From a virus (Duplodnaviria > Caudoviricetes): a stretch of 41,028 nt of DNA. Below the pieces are notes generated by a model. It ran no database searches, was not told where the DNA came from, and was given only the letters and a program-made list of their open reading frames with translations. This document shows positions 1 to 6,973 of the stretch, in pieces; position 1 is the stretch's first letter; every line of letters starts with the position of its first letter. The stretch lies in the IMG/VR virus record IMGVR_UViG_3300048998_000197, positions 1-41,028 of that record; one strand, given 5' to 3'. A program made the position numbers and the translations under genes.

Positions 1-632
1 TCGACGTGGGCACCGTGGAGCCCTGCGCGCTGTGTGTGGTGGGCCGGGTCGACGGCAGCCCGGAGCTGTTCGTGATCGAGAGCTACGAGCTGCCCGGCGC
101 CACCCCGTCCGTGCTGGCGGCGCACGTGGAGCGCCTGCGCGACAAGTACCCGCTGAGCTGGATCGTGGTCGACGAGGGTGGAGCGGGCAAAGGCTACGCC
201 GAGGAGATGCGGCGCAGCTACCAGATTCCGTGTAAGCCGGCCCAGAAAACGCTCAAGCAGGCGAACATCGAGTTTATCGCGGGCGACATCGCCAACGGCC
301 GTATCAAGGTAGGGCCGGGGAACAGCCACCTGCTCGAGGACCTGCGCGGGCTGGCCTGGAACGACAGCCGGACCGACGTGGCCCGCGGCATTCCCGACCA
401 CCTGCCCGACGCGTTCCTGTACGCCATGCGTGAGCTGCGGGCGTTCGCGCCCACCGGGATGGAGGGCCGGGACAAGCCCGCCCGCGGCACGCAGGAGTGG
501 TACGTGGCCGAGGAGGCCCGGCTGGAAGCCGTGGCCGTGGAGCTGGCCATCAGGCGGAACGAAGATTATGACGAGCGCGACCTTGACGAGGACATGGACG
601 CGGGCTACGATCAGGACATTTATTTTGACTGA
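1..632 (+). CDS. terL: Terminase large subunit, C-terminal RNase H-like nuclease domain (5' partial; continues the gene at the window end)
   Basis: Frame is open from the window edge: (V/I)DVGTVEPCA..., WIVVDEGGAGK, DHLPDAFLYA, which are acidic nuclease motifs of TerL. It complements the ATPase half at 40251-41028. Confidence 0.85.
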   Translation, partial: DVGTVEPCALCVVGRVDGSPELFVIESYELPGATPSVLAAHVERLRDKYPLSWIVVDEGGAGKGYAEEMRRSYQIPCKPAQKTLKQANIEFIAGDIANGRIKVGPGNSHLLEDLRGLAWNDSRTDVARGIPDHLPDAFLYAMRELRAFAPTGMEGRDKPARGTQEWYVAEEARLEAVAVELAIRRNEDYDERDLDEDMDAGYDQDIYFD

Positions 633-634
633 TC

Positions 635-1024
635 ATGGCAGGTAAATCTAAACACTCGTGGCAAGAGCGTCTGTGGCGGCGCGTCGATCGTCACGGTCCG
701 CCGCATCCTTATGTGCCGGCCCTTGGTCCGTGCTGGGTATGGCTCGGCAGCGGTTCGAACGGCTACGGGCAGCTGAAGGTGCGCGGGAAGATGGTCACAG
801 TTCATCGACTGGCGTATATGGACCTCGTCGGCCCTATCCAGTCTGGACTGGGAGTACTACACAGCTGTGATCGTCGCGGCTGCTGCAACCCGGCGCACTT
901 GCGACTAGGCACAGCAAAGGACAACGCCCAGGATAGAGATGCGCGAGGAAGACGTACGCCGCCACGCGGGGCGCTGAACGGACGATTTATCGACGGCCGG
1001 CATTGCACGCCGCCCAAAGCGTGA
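635..1024 (+). CDS. HNH homing endonuclease (HNH_3 type)
   Basis: CWVWLG..NGYGQL..VHRLAY..VLHSCDRRGCCNPAHLRLGTAKDN; more A/T-ending codons than neighbouring genes. Confidence 0.9.
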   Translation: MAGKSKHSWQERLWRRVDRHGPPHPYVPALGPCWVWLGSGSNGYGQLKVRGKMVTVHRLAYMDLVGPIQSGLGVLHSCDRRGCCNPAHLRLGTAKDNAQDRDARGRRTPPRGALNGRFIDGRHCTPPKA

Positions 1025-1070
1025 TACTGTCTTCTTATCTACTTCGACTGACACGTACCCGGAGGTTCAC

Positions 1071-1301
1071 ATGGGATTCGAGCTGGACATGGCCGACTAC
1101 GACGCACTGCTGCGCACCGAGGACCCGCCCACCGTCGTTGGGCAGTCCGACGTGACCATCTCCCGCAACGAGTACGACGCCCTCAAGCTGGCGGCGGCGA
1201 AGCTCGACGCGCTCCACGCGCATGGGGTTGCGGACTGGGCCGGCTACTGCTACGCTATGAGTGAGATGTACGGGAACGAGGAGTACGGCAGTGGGAGCTG
1301 A
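1071..1301 (+). CDS. Small phage protein with a GVxxWxGY motif
   Basis: RBS ggagg; LDALHAHGVADWAGYCYA resembles the 'LEAxGVDNWxGY' motif common in small phage proteins. Confidence 0.6.
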   Translation: MGFELDMADYDALLRTEDPPTVVGQSDVTISRNEYDALKLAAAKLDALHAHGVADWAGYCYAMSEMYGNEEYGSGS

Positions 1302-1767
1302 CTGGACAGATCGACTATGGCTGCGGGTGGATCGCAATGGTCCTCCGCACCCGTACGACCCGACACAGGGCCGCTGTTGGATCTGGACCGGCAGCACGTC
1401 TCGAGGCTACGGCCAGCTGCGCGTGAACGGGAAGAGCCGAAGCGTGCATCGACTGGCGTTTCGTCTAGCTACCGGGAACGATCCGGTGCACGACGTGCTG
1501 CACAGCTGTGACCGCAGAGCGTGCTGTAACCCGCATCACTTGCGAGCCGGCACGGCCAAAGACAACGTTGCCGATATGTATGACAGAGGACGAGCTGTAG
1601 TAGGCTCGTCACACAAACGGGCCAAGTTGACAGAGGCTGAAGTAGTGGAGATGCGCGCGAGCTACGCCGCTGGATTGACTTCTCAACGCACGTTGGCTAA
1701 AGTGTATTTGGTCTCTCAGCGCGTCGTCGGTTTAGTCGTTCGAAAAGAATCGTGGAGGCACACATGA
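1291..1767 (+). CDS. HNH homing endonuclease with C-terminal HTH-like DNA-binding region
   Basis: CWIWTG..GYGQL..VHRLAF..VLHSCDRRACCNPHHL..DN, then AKLTEAEVVEMR..SQRTLAKVY. GTG start overlaps the upstream gene end. Confidence 0.9.
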   Translation: MGADWTDRLWLRVDRNGPPHPYDPTQGRCWIWTGSTSRGYGQLRVNGKSRSVHRLAFRLATGNDPVHDVLHSCDRRACCNPHHLRAGTAKDNVADMYDRGRAVVGSSHKRAKLTEAEVVEMRASYAAGLTSQRTLAKVYLVSQRVVGLVVRKESWRHT

Positions 1768-1925
1768 CCAAGCGAGGCCAGAAGCGCAGTAAGAATCAGA
1801 AGCGCCGGGACGCACAGTTTCTCCGGTGGCGCAACAAGCGCGACGCGGTCACCGCGACGCTGGTGAGCCAGGGCTGGAGCTTCCGGGCCGTCGCCAGGAT
1901 GGTGCCCCCGCGACCGTCCCTGTAA
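1764..1925 (+). CDS. Small basic hypothetical protein (53 aa)
   Basis: ATGA overlap with the HNH stop, RBS ggagg; MTKRGQKRSKNQKRRDAQFLRWR... Confidence 0.55.
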   Translation: MTKRGQKRSKNQKRRDAQFLRWRNKRDAVTATLVSQGWSFRAVARMVPPRPSL

Positions 1926-1964
1926 GATGTTCGGACCGCGTGTCCGGCGAGGCTCGTTGAGCCA

Positions 1965-2021
1965 GAGGCCCTCAGGGTACCCAACTCGGGCAGGTTGGGA
2001 CTACCCTGGGGGCTTCGTTTT
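1965..2021 (+). terminator. Long hairpin with T-tract, probable intrinsic terminator
   Basis: gaggccctcagggta pairs with taccctgggggcttc, with an inner cccaac/gttggg stem, followed by gtttt. Confidence 0.6.
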
Positions 2022-2036
2022 AGTAGGAGGTACTGT

Positions 2037-2246
2037 ATGCTGACACTCGCATTCGCGGTCGCTCTCGCCGGTCTGGCCATCATCTTCTTCTGCGCCTACC
2101 GCCTGGTGGCGTCGGACGGACTGACGGCCCAGGACCACAAGATCCTCGAGCAGACCATGCTGAACTACCTGCACTCCGAGGCCCGCGCGGACTTGCGTCG
2201 TAGCATGCCCAAGGGCAAGGGCAGCCGAAAGCCGGTGGCCCTATGA
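2037..2246 (+). CDS. Small membrane-anchored protein
   Basis: RBS aggagg; hydrophobic N-terminus MLTLAFAVALAGLAIIFFCAY. Confidence 0.65.
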   Translation: MLTLAFAVALAGLAIIFFCAYRLVASDGLTAQDHKILEQTMLNYLHSEARADLRRSMPKGKGSRKPVAL

Positions 2247-2329
2247 GCGCCCTGGACGCCGTGATCTTCATCCTAATGGTCGCCATCCTTCTCGACATCG
2301 GCGGACCCGATACGCCGTGCGAAGTGTAG
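2243..2329 (+). CDS. Tiny hydrophobic peptide (28 aa)
   Basis: ATGA overlap; MSALDAVIFILMVAILLDIGGPDTPCEV. Confidence 0.45.
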   Translation: MSALDAVIFILMVAILLDIGGPDTPCEV

Positions 2330-2766
2330 CCGCGCTGTGCCTGGTGCTGGGTGGGTGTTGCAACCCGCCCGGCGCCGATGTGAGCTACAAGTTCCTGGCC
2401 GAGCGCCGCGCCGTCGAGGCTGCAATGGTGCTGCGAGGAGCCCCCGTCGAGCTGCCCGACCCCGTTTACGAGTACCGCGCTCCAAGCGCTGTGTGCCCCG
2501 ACGACGCCCGGGGCTGCTGTTCGTGGGGGTGGTGTGCTGGTCTGTTCGTGCCGGACCGCCCAGAGGCGCTGGCGGGCGGCGCGACCCTTCTTCCCGCCGA
2601 GGTGGCGCTGCACGAGTACACACACCAGGCACTCCTCGATCAGGGCTGGCAAACAGCGATCGAGGAGCACCCGCAGATTTTCTGGGATGTGTGGAATGAC
2701 GCGCGCCGTGCGCGCGATTCAGCAGCAGACCACCAACAGTCCGACCAGGACACCGGCGGCGAATAA
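2317..2766 (+). CDS. Putative lipoprotein with HExxH zinc-metallopeptidase motif
   Basis: Signal and lipobox-like MRSVAALCLVLGGC; VALHEYTHQAL zincin motif plus a downstream H. Confidence 0.55.
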   Translation: MRSVAALCLVLGGCCNPPGADVSYKFLAERRAVEAAMVLRGAPVELPDPVYEYRAPSAVCPDDARGCCSWGWCAGLFVPDRPEALAGGATLLPAEVALHEYTHQALLDQGWQTAIEEHPQIFWDVWNDARRARDSAADHQQSDQDTGGE

Positions 2767-2892
2767 GAGCGGGAAGAGGAGCTGGGCCGCTAGGAACCTG
2801 TCGTGGTCCCTCTCGGCCCGCTCGAACTTTTCGAGGTCTGCCAGCCGCAGCCCTGACGGCCGGCAGTGCTTGGAGGAGTAGCGCCAGGTCAC
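2719..2892 (-). CDS. Small protein with C-terminal TM helix
   Basis: GTGA overlap with the upstream gene; ends LLFPLLFAAGVLVGLLVVCC. Confidence 0.5.
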   Translation of the reverse strand: MTWRYSSKHCRPSGLRLADLEKFERAERDHDRFLAAQLLFPLLFAAGVLVGLLVVCC

Positions 2893-3302
2893 TTGGTTGC
2901 CAGGAGGCGCCGCACCTCGGCCTTGAGCTGGTCGCGTTCGGCTTCCACCGTGCGCGCCTGTCTTGTCACCTCGAACCGTTTGGCTGTTTCATCGGCGAGC
3001 TGCTCGCGCAGCTGCGTCACGATACCTCGCAGTTCTGCGTTTCCCGTCTGCAAACGCTCGCGCATTGTTCGGCCCTCCGCCCGCGCGGCGGCGCGTTCGA
3101 ACATCATGCGGTCAACGGCGCTGCGTCCGCTGTCGATCTCCTGGATGAAGTTCACAGCCTGCAGACAGTGCCCCCGCTCCGCCGCCTCATCCTTCGGCTC
3201 AGCCGCGCGCATGAGAGCGATGGCGGTGTCGAACGTCGGCTGGTCGCCCGCCGGGTAGTTGCGCGCAATGGCCTTGAGGTTCTCGATCTCTTTCTCGTAC
3301 AT
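2889..3302 (-). CDS. Hypothetical coiled-coil protein
   Basis: MYEKEIENLKAIARNY...; RBS-like aagggg; heptad-like C-terminus. Confidence 0.65.
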   Translation of the reverse strand: MYEKEIENLKAIARNYPAGDQPTFDTAIALMRAAEPKDEAAERGHCLQAVNFIQEIDSGRSAVDRMMFERAAARAEGRTMRERLQTGNAELRGIVTQLREQLADETAKRFEVTRQARTVEAERDQLKAEVRRLLATK

Positions 3303-3304
3303 GG

Positions 3305-3379
3305 TCACAACCCCTTCAAGGTCCAGACAATAAACGCGAAACAGCACACGATCAGATACACCACGATCGCTTCAAGCAT
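3305..3379 (-). CDS. Tiny TM peptide (24 aa)
   Basis: RBS ggagg; MLEAIVVYLIVCCFAFIVWTLKGL. Confidence 0.45.
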   Translation of the reverse strand: MLEAIVVYLIVCCFAFIVWTLKGL

Positions 3380-3380
3380 G

Positions 3381-3553
3381 TTACGCGCGCCTCCAGGTCT
3401 TGGTCTCGAACTCAGCGTGGTAGAATACATGGCCCTCCCACGGATTGACTGCCCCGTAGCGTGGCCGAGTGCGGTCCTGGCGTAAGCCTCCTGGGTCCAG
3501 CCTTTGGTCTTGAGTAGGTTCAGTGCCGCTCGTAGTGCCTCGCTCGTCTTCAT
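3381..3553 (-). pseudogene. Possible frameshifted or deletion-fused small gene
   Basis: N-terminus MKTSEALRAALNLLKTKGWTQEAYAR. A different frame (YGAVNPWEGHVFYHAEFETKTWRRA*) ends just before the next ATG. Confidence 0.35.
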
Positions 3554-3765
3554 TTCACACCTCCAAAAGTTTTGGGTTCCGTGCCGGCATGTTGCCGGGC
3601 TCGTTGTGACCACCATGCAGCGGTCTCCTGGTACACTACCGCCTTGGCGAGCGAGAAACCAGAAAAAGTGGCACCCGCGTACGTCGCCCGTGCCATAGCG
3701 TACCACGTCTGCGCACACTCCTGGCAGTAGGCCGCGTGGTCCTGGTCGCTCTGAAAGAACGTCAT
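3550..3765 (-). CDS. Hypothetical protein
   Basis: Tightly packed in the leftward operon; ATGA overlap downstream. Confidence 0.6.
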   Translation of the reverse strand: MTFFQSDQDHAAYCQECAQTWYAMARATYAGATFSGFSLAKAVVYQETAAWWSQRARQHAGTEPKTFGGVK

Positions 3766-3766
3766 C

Positions 3767-4102
3767 TCAACCCCCGTTCATGCTGCACCGCAGCTCACGC
3801 GGCAGCCGGATTGCTGCCTTGCCTGCTGCGATGCTCAGCGGACGCGCTGCTGCTCGCAGCGCGCGCCTCAAAAGTTTCTGAGTCAGCGGCCGATCTTGCC
3901 GCGCCGAGTTGCACGGGTGGCACACCGTCACGAGGTTGCTCGCGTCGTTGGTACCGCCTTGTGATCGCGGGACAATGTGGTCCAACGTAAGGTCGGAGCC
4001 GAGCGGGAACACACCGCGGCAATATACGCAGTCGCCCCCGTCACGCAGGTAGATGGCCCAGCGCTTCTCAGGGCGGATCCACTTAGAACCGTTCGCGTTC
4101 AC
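3767..4102 (-). CDS. HNH endonuclease (short Zn-finger/McrA-like type)
   Basis: RDGGDCVYC..LTLDHIVPRSQGGTNDASNLVTVCHPCN. Confidence 0.9.
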   Translation of the reverse strand: MNANGSKWIRPEKRWAIYLRDGGDCVYCRGVFPLGSDLTLDHIVPRSQGGTNDASNLVTVCHPCNSARQDRPLTQKLLRRALRAAARPLSIAAGKAAIRLPRELRCSMNGG

Positions 4103-4373
4103 TCGACCCCTCTTCCCGCGTCTCAGATCTTTCGGAAACAGCGGCTGCAGCTTGCAGCTCAGCAGTGCCTCTCGGGTACAGCCTACCGCCGTGCTTCTCG
4201 ACCCAGCCCCCGCGCACAGCGCGGGAAACAGCGCCGAACGCCCCCCGTGTGGGCGTGCCCCCGCACAGGTTATGTGCGATGCGGTAAGGCGTCAGCCCCG
4301 GGAACTCCTCTACAAGCGCTATCACCTCGCGTGTGCGAGGGCCGCGTGTGGTCGTGGCTGCTTTGCGAGTCAC
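4083..4373 (-). CDS. Hypothetical protein, possibly winged-helix DNA-binding
   Basis: GTGA overlap; EVIALVEEFPGLTPYRIAHNL..AVSRAVRGGWVEK pattern. Confidence 0.5.
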   Translation of the reverse strand: MTRKAATTTRGPRTREVIALVEEFPGLTPYRIAHNLCGGTPTRGAFGAVSRAVRGGWVEKHGGRLYPRGTAELQAAAAVSERSETREEGSSERERF

Positions 4374-4675
4374 TTGAACACCTTGACGCTGAACGGCAGC
4401 ACACTGTCCGCGTTGCCCACGTAGAAAGCGGGCTCCGTTTCGCACGTGTCGGTGCGCTCATCCTCGCAATAGAACTCACGGAAGGTGATACAGCTGGCGT
4501 ACCAGAAACCAGACAGCTCCAAGCGGGAAGCAAGCCGAGCGGCTGCGTGTGCGTGGTTCTGGGCGGGGCTGAAAGCGTGCTCATAGGGCGAGCTGAGCTG
4601 ATTCCGCCCGCACTTGGCGACGAGGCGCCCAGCGCCGGTGCGCGGGTTCGCTGTGTACTTCGTTGTGATCTTCAT
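4370..4675 (-). CDS. Hypothetical early protein
   Basis: RBS aggagg; MKITTKYTANPRTGAGRLVAKC..NHAHAAARL. Confidence 0.7.
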   Translation of the reverse strand: MKITTKYTANPRTGAGRLVAKCGRNQLSSPYEHAFSPAQNHAHAAARLASRLELSGFWYASCITFREFYCEDERTDTCETEPAFYVGNADSVLPFSVKVFK

Positions 4676-4741
4676 GTCATTCCTCCTATCGAACCATGCA
4701 GGCACACGAGACAAGCTCATGTGCGAGCATCGGGCGCTAGG

Positions 4742-4834
4742 TCACAGCCAGACGTGGTGAGCGATCGCGCTGAGTGCGTAGGCGATGTAGACCACCAGGG
4801 CGTACATCACGAGGGCGCCGGTCACAAAGATCAT
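4742..4834 (-). CDS. Tiny TM peptide (30 aa)
   Basis: MIFVTGALVMYALVVYIAYALSAIAHHVWL. Confidence 0.4.
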   Translation of the reverse strand: MIFVTGALVMYALVVYIAYALSAIAHHVWL

Positions 4835-4874
4835 TGATTGGGTTGTCTCGTTGTCGAACATGGAAGCCTCCTAA

Positions 4875-5054
4875 TCAGCGCTTGTTGCAGATCTGCTGGT
4901 GAGCACCCGTGCGCACGCAGCTGAGAAACACGACCTCGTGCGAGGTCTTGACCGCGCATTCCTGCGCGGGACCGTGCCCCACGCACACCGGCTGCCCGGT
5001 CGGAGCCGCCATCAGAAGAGCCATCAGAGTTGCTGCTACCGTTGCCATCTTCAT
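4875..5054 (-). CDS. Small secreted Cys-containing protein (59 aa)
   Basis: RBS gaggtg after a promoter; signal-like MKMATVAATLMALLMAAP, then four Cys. Not in the ORF track. Confidence 0.55.
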   Translation of the reverse strand: MKMATVAATLMALLMAAPTGQPVCVGHGPAQECAVKTSHEVVFLSCVRTGAHQQICNKR

Positions 5055-5069
5055 TCACCTCTCACTATT

Positions 5070-5115
5070 ATATTCGCACGAAGCGGGAAGGGACTCAAGG
5101 GGAAAAGCGACAGTG
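5070..5115 (-). promoter_or_regulatory. Leftward sigma70-like early promoter, copy 1
   Basis: On the minus strand: cactgtcgcttttcccc-TTGAGT-17 nt-GAATAT. Near-identical to 5747-5791. Confidence 0.7.
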
Positions 5116-5128
5116 GTTGCTTTTCTTT

Positions 5129-5569
5129 TCAGTCAACGTTGTAATCTACGTACACGTCGTCGCTGTCTGCCTCTTGGTAGTACAGGCCGATAGGAGACAC
5201 ACTTTCAACATCCCAGTCGGTATTCTGGTACGTCGTCACACACTCGGCGAGTTCGCAGTCGTCGGCGTTCAACAGGCTGCGCAGCTCGCTCGCAATCGAC
5301 TGCACGAGGTAGGCCAGACATTCCGTCGCGGACCACTCATCCACCTCCTCTTCCGACCAGCCGCCACTCGCCACTGCGTCGTCGCGCATCGCCTGGACAG
5401 CCGCCTGTCCGTCGGACTTGAGCCAGCGGTCACATTTCCCAGCGATCGACATGGCGTTACTCCACGTCAGCTCTGCACATCGCGGCCCGAGGTTAGCCAC
5501 GCTGTTGCTCACATCCCAGGGCTCAATGGTGGCGAACATCACGGACACGTTGCAGGTAATCGTTGTCAT
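5129..5569 (-). CDS. Acidic early protein
   Basis: RBS aaggag; strongly D/E-rich (WSEEEVDEW, YQEADSDDVYVDYNVD). Confidence 0.75.
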   Translation of the reverse strand: MTTITCNVSVMFATIEPWDVSNSVANLGPRCAELTWSNAMSIAGKCDRWLKSDGQAAVQAMRDDAVASGGWSEEEVDEWSATECLAYLVQSIASELRSLLNADDCELAECVTTYQNTDWDVESVSPIGLYYQEADSDDVYVDYNVD

Positions 5570-5593
5570 GGTGGTCTCTCCTTGGGTGGTGTA

Positions 5594-5740
5594 TCAGCGG
5601 GCAGCTGCCAGGCGGGCCAGCACAGTCTCAGTGACCGGCTGCGCCTTGCCTTGCATCATGGCGCGGGCTGCAGCGTTGGCGAGCACACGCTCGACTCGGC
5701 TCATTTCCCACCCGCCCTTGATTCGCGTCGCGCTGTTCAT
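5594..5740 (-). CDS. Small hypothetical protein, probably leaderless
   Basis: ATG 6 nt after the predicted -10 box; MNSATRIKGGWEMSRVERVLANAAARAMMQGK... Confidence 0.5.
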   Translation of the reverse strand: MNSATRIKGGWEMSRVERVLANAAARAMMQGKAQPVTETVLARLAAAR

Positions 5741-5746
5741 GTCTAT

Positions 5747-5791
5747 ATACTCGCACGATTCAGCCCGGCCTCAAGGGGAAAAGAGACAGTG
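5747..5791 (-). promoter_or_regulatory. Leftward sigma70-like early promoter, copy 2
   Basis: cactgtctcttttcccc-TTGAGG-16 nt-GAGTAT; shares the upstream block and the cgtgc before -10 with copy 1. Confidence 0.7.
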
Positions 5792-5847
5792 CCCTCTTTT
5801 AGTGCGCCCAATGTGCGTATGGCTTTCAGCGCAGTGCTCATTTTCCC

Positions 5848-5876
5848 TGGCACCGAGTCCTCGCCTGCGCTATTAT
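5848..5876 (+). promoter_or_regulatory. Rightward promoter, divergent from the early leftward promoter
   Basis: TGGCAC-17 nt-TATTAT, with ATG 6 nt downstream. Confidence 0.5.
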
Positions 5877-5882
5877 CTATTC

Positions 5883-6071
5883 ATGGACGAAACGCTTACC
5901 ACCTCGATGCACCCGGAGTTCGACCCCCGCGCCGCCTGGGAAGCTGCCCGAGCCAGCTCAGAGCTGTACTGGCAGGAGCGTCGCCGCATTCAGGAGGCTC
6001 GCCGCCTTGAAGCTCTCGCGAGCTTGTGCGATGATGATCTCCGGCCCACCCTACTTCCCGCCTCTCGCTGA
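5883..6071 (+). CDS. Hypothetical protein
   Basis: MDETLTTSMHPEFDPRAAWEAAR...; directly follows the promoter. Confidence 0.55.
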   Translation: MDETLTTSMHPEFDPRAAWEAARASSELYWQERRRIQEARRLEALASLCDDDLRPTLLPASR

Positions 6072-6086
6072 AAGGACTGCCCCACC

Positions 6087-6317
6087 ATGAGTAAGCCCGC
6101 CCGCAAAGTGAGCGAAACGCCGAAGCGCACGTTCCATGCGCAGATCCTCATGCGATATCCGCAAGCCGCCCACAAGACGATCTACGTCAAAGACGGATGG
6201 CACCTTGAACCGTGCGCCGGAAGCGCGCACGAGAACCCCCACATCGACGGCTGCACGCTGTGCCTGGGCGCCACCTGGGGCTGGATGCTGGTCAAGGATG
6301 GAGCTGAGCAGCCATGA
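6087..6317 (+). CDS. Small Cys/His-containing hypothetical protein
   Basis: RBS aagga; PCAGSAHENPHIDGCTLC may bind Zn. Confidence 0.65.
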   Translation: MSKPARKVSETPKRTFHAQILMRYPQAAHKTIYVKDGWHLEPCAGSAHENPHIDGCTLCLGATWGWMLVKDGAEQP

Positions 6318-6397
6318 ACATCGACCCCGCACTTGAAGCCTACCTGACCCTATCTGCGATCGGGCTCGTCCTGCTCGCGTTCATCTTGAGCTTGTGA
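6314..6397 (+). CDS. Tiny TM peptide (27 aa)
   Basis: ATGA overlap, RBS ggag; MNIDPALEAYLTLSAIGLVLLAFILSL. Confidence 0.5.
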   Translation: MNIDPALEAYLTLSAIGLVLLAFILSL

Positions 6398-6605
6398 GCA
6401 GCAGCGCGCGTGCGGCAGCACGCAAGCGCATTCAAGCGTAGTCTGGTGTGGTACCGGACAGCCGCACACTCGAAGCTGCATCCTGCTGCATCGTGTGCGT
6501 AGTCAGGTACCACTACGCGACTGGGATACCTGCGATCAGGAAGATAGCCTGGCGTCAAGGGGGTTGGAAATGGGTTGTAGGACGCACGTCTCATGCCAAG
6601 TCCAT

Positions 6606-6676
6606 TTCTGCCCCACCCGAACCAACTTCTGCCCCATGATCCCTGTGTCCGGGCCTTTTGCCCCACCATGATCCCT
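6606..6676. repeat. Three direct repeats TT(C/T)TGCCCCA, two followed by CATGATCCCT
   Basis: Copies at 6606, 6627 and 6656. Confidence 0.75.
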
Positions 6677-6767
6677 CTGTCATAGCCCAACCGAGCACCA
6701 CGACAACAGGATCCGGGGGCTGCGACCCCCAATGACAGGGTCTCATCTCGGGAGGAATACCCGGTGA

Positions 6768-6783
6768 CACCCCCCGGGGGGTG
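6768..6783. repeat. Perfect 16-bp palindrome CACCCCCCGGGGGGTG
   Basis: Read directly from the sequence. Confidence 0.85.
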
Positions 6784-6973
6784 AACGAAGTGAATAACAC
6801 CTCTCAAAAGACATACCCTCCGGAATCGCGCCAGAAGCTCCCTAGAAGGCGCGGAACGAACGGTACGGCTAGGGTGGTAGCTCCGATACCCCATGCGAGG
6901 CACCTGGAGGCGCACAGCCGTTCGCAGCGGGTGCGCGAACGGTCAGCGAGCGGGCTGGAAGTAACGAACGGAA

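Noticed and set aside
1003-1028. Promoter-like TTGCAC...GATACT before the gene at 1071
   Set aside because: The spacer is only 14 nt.
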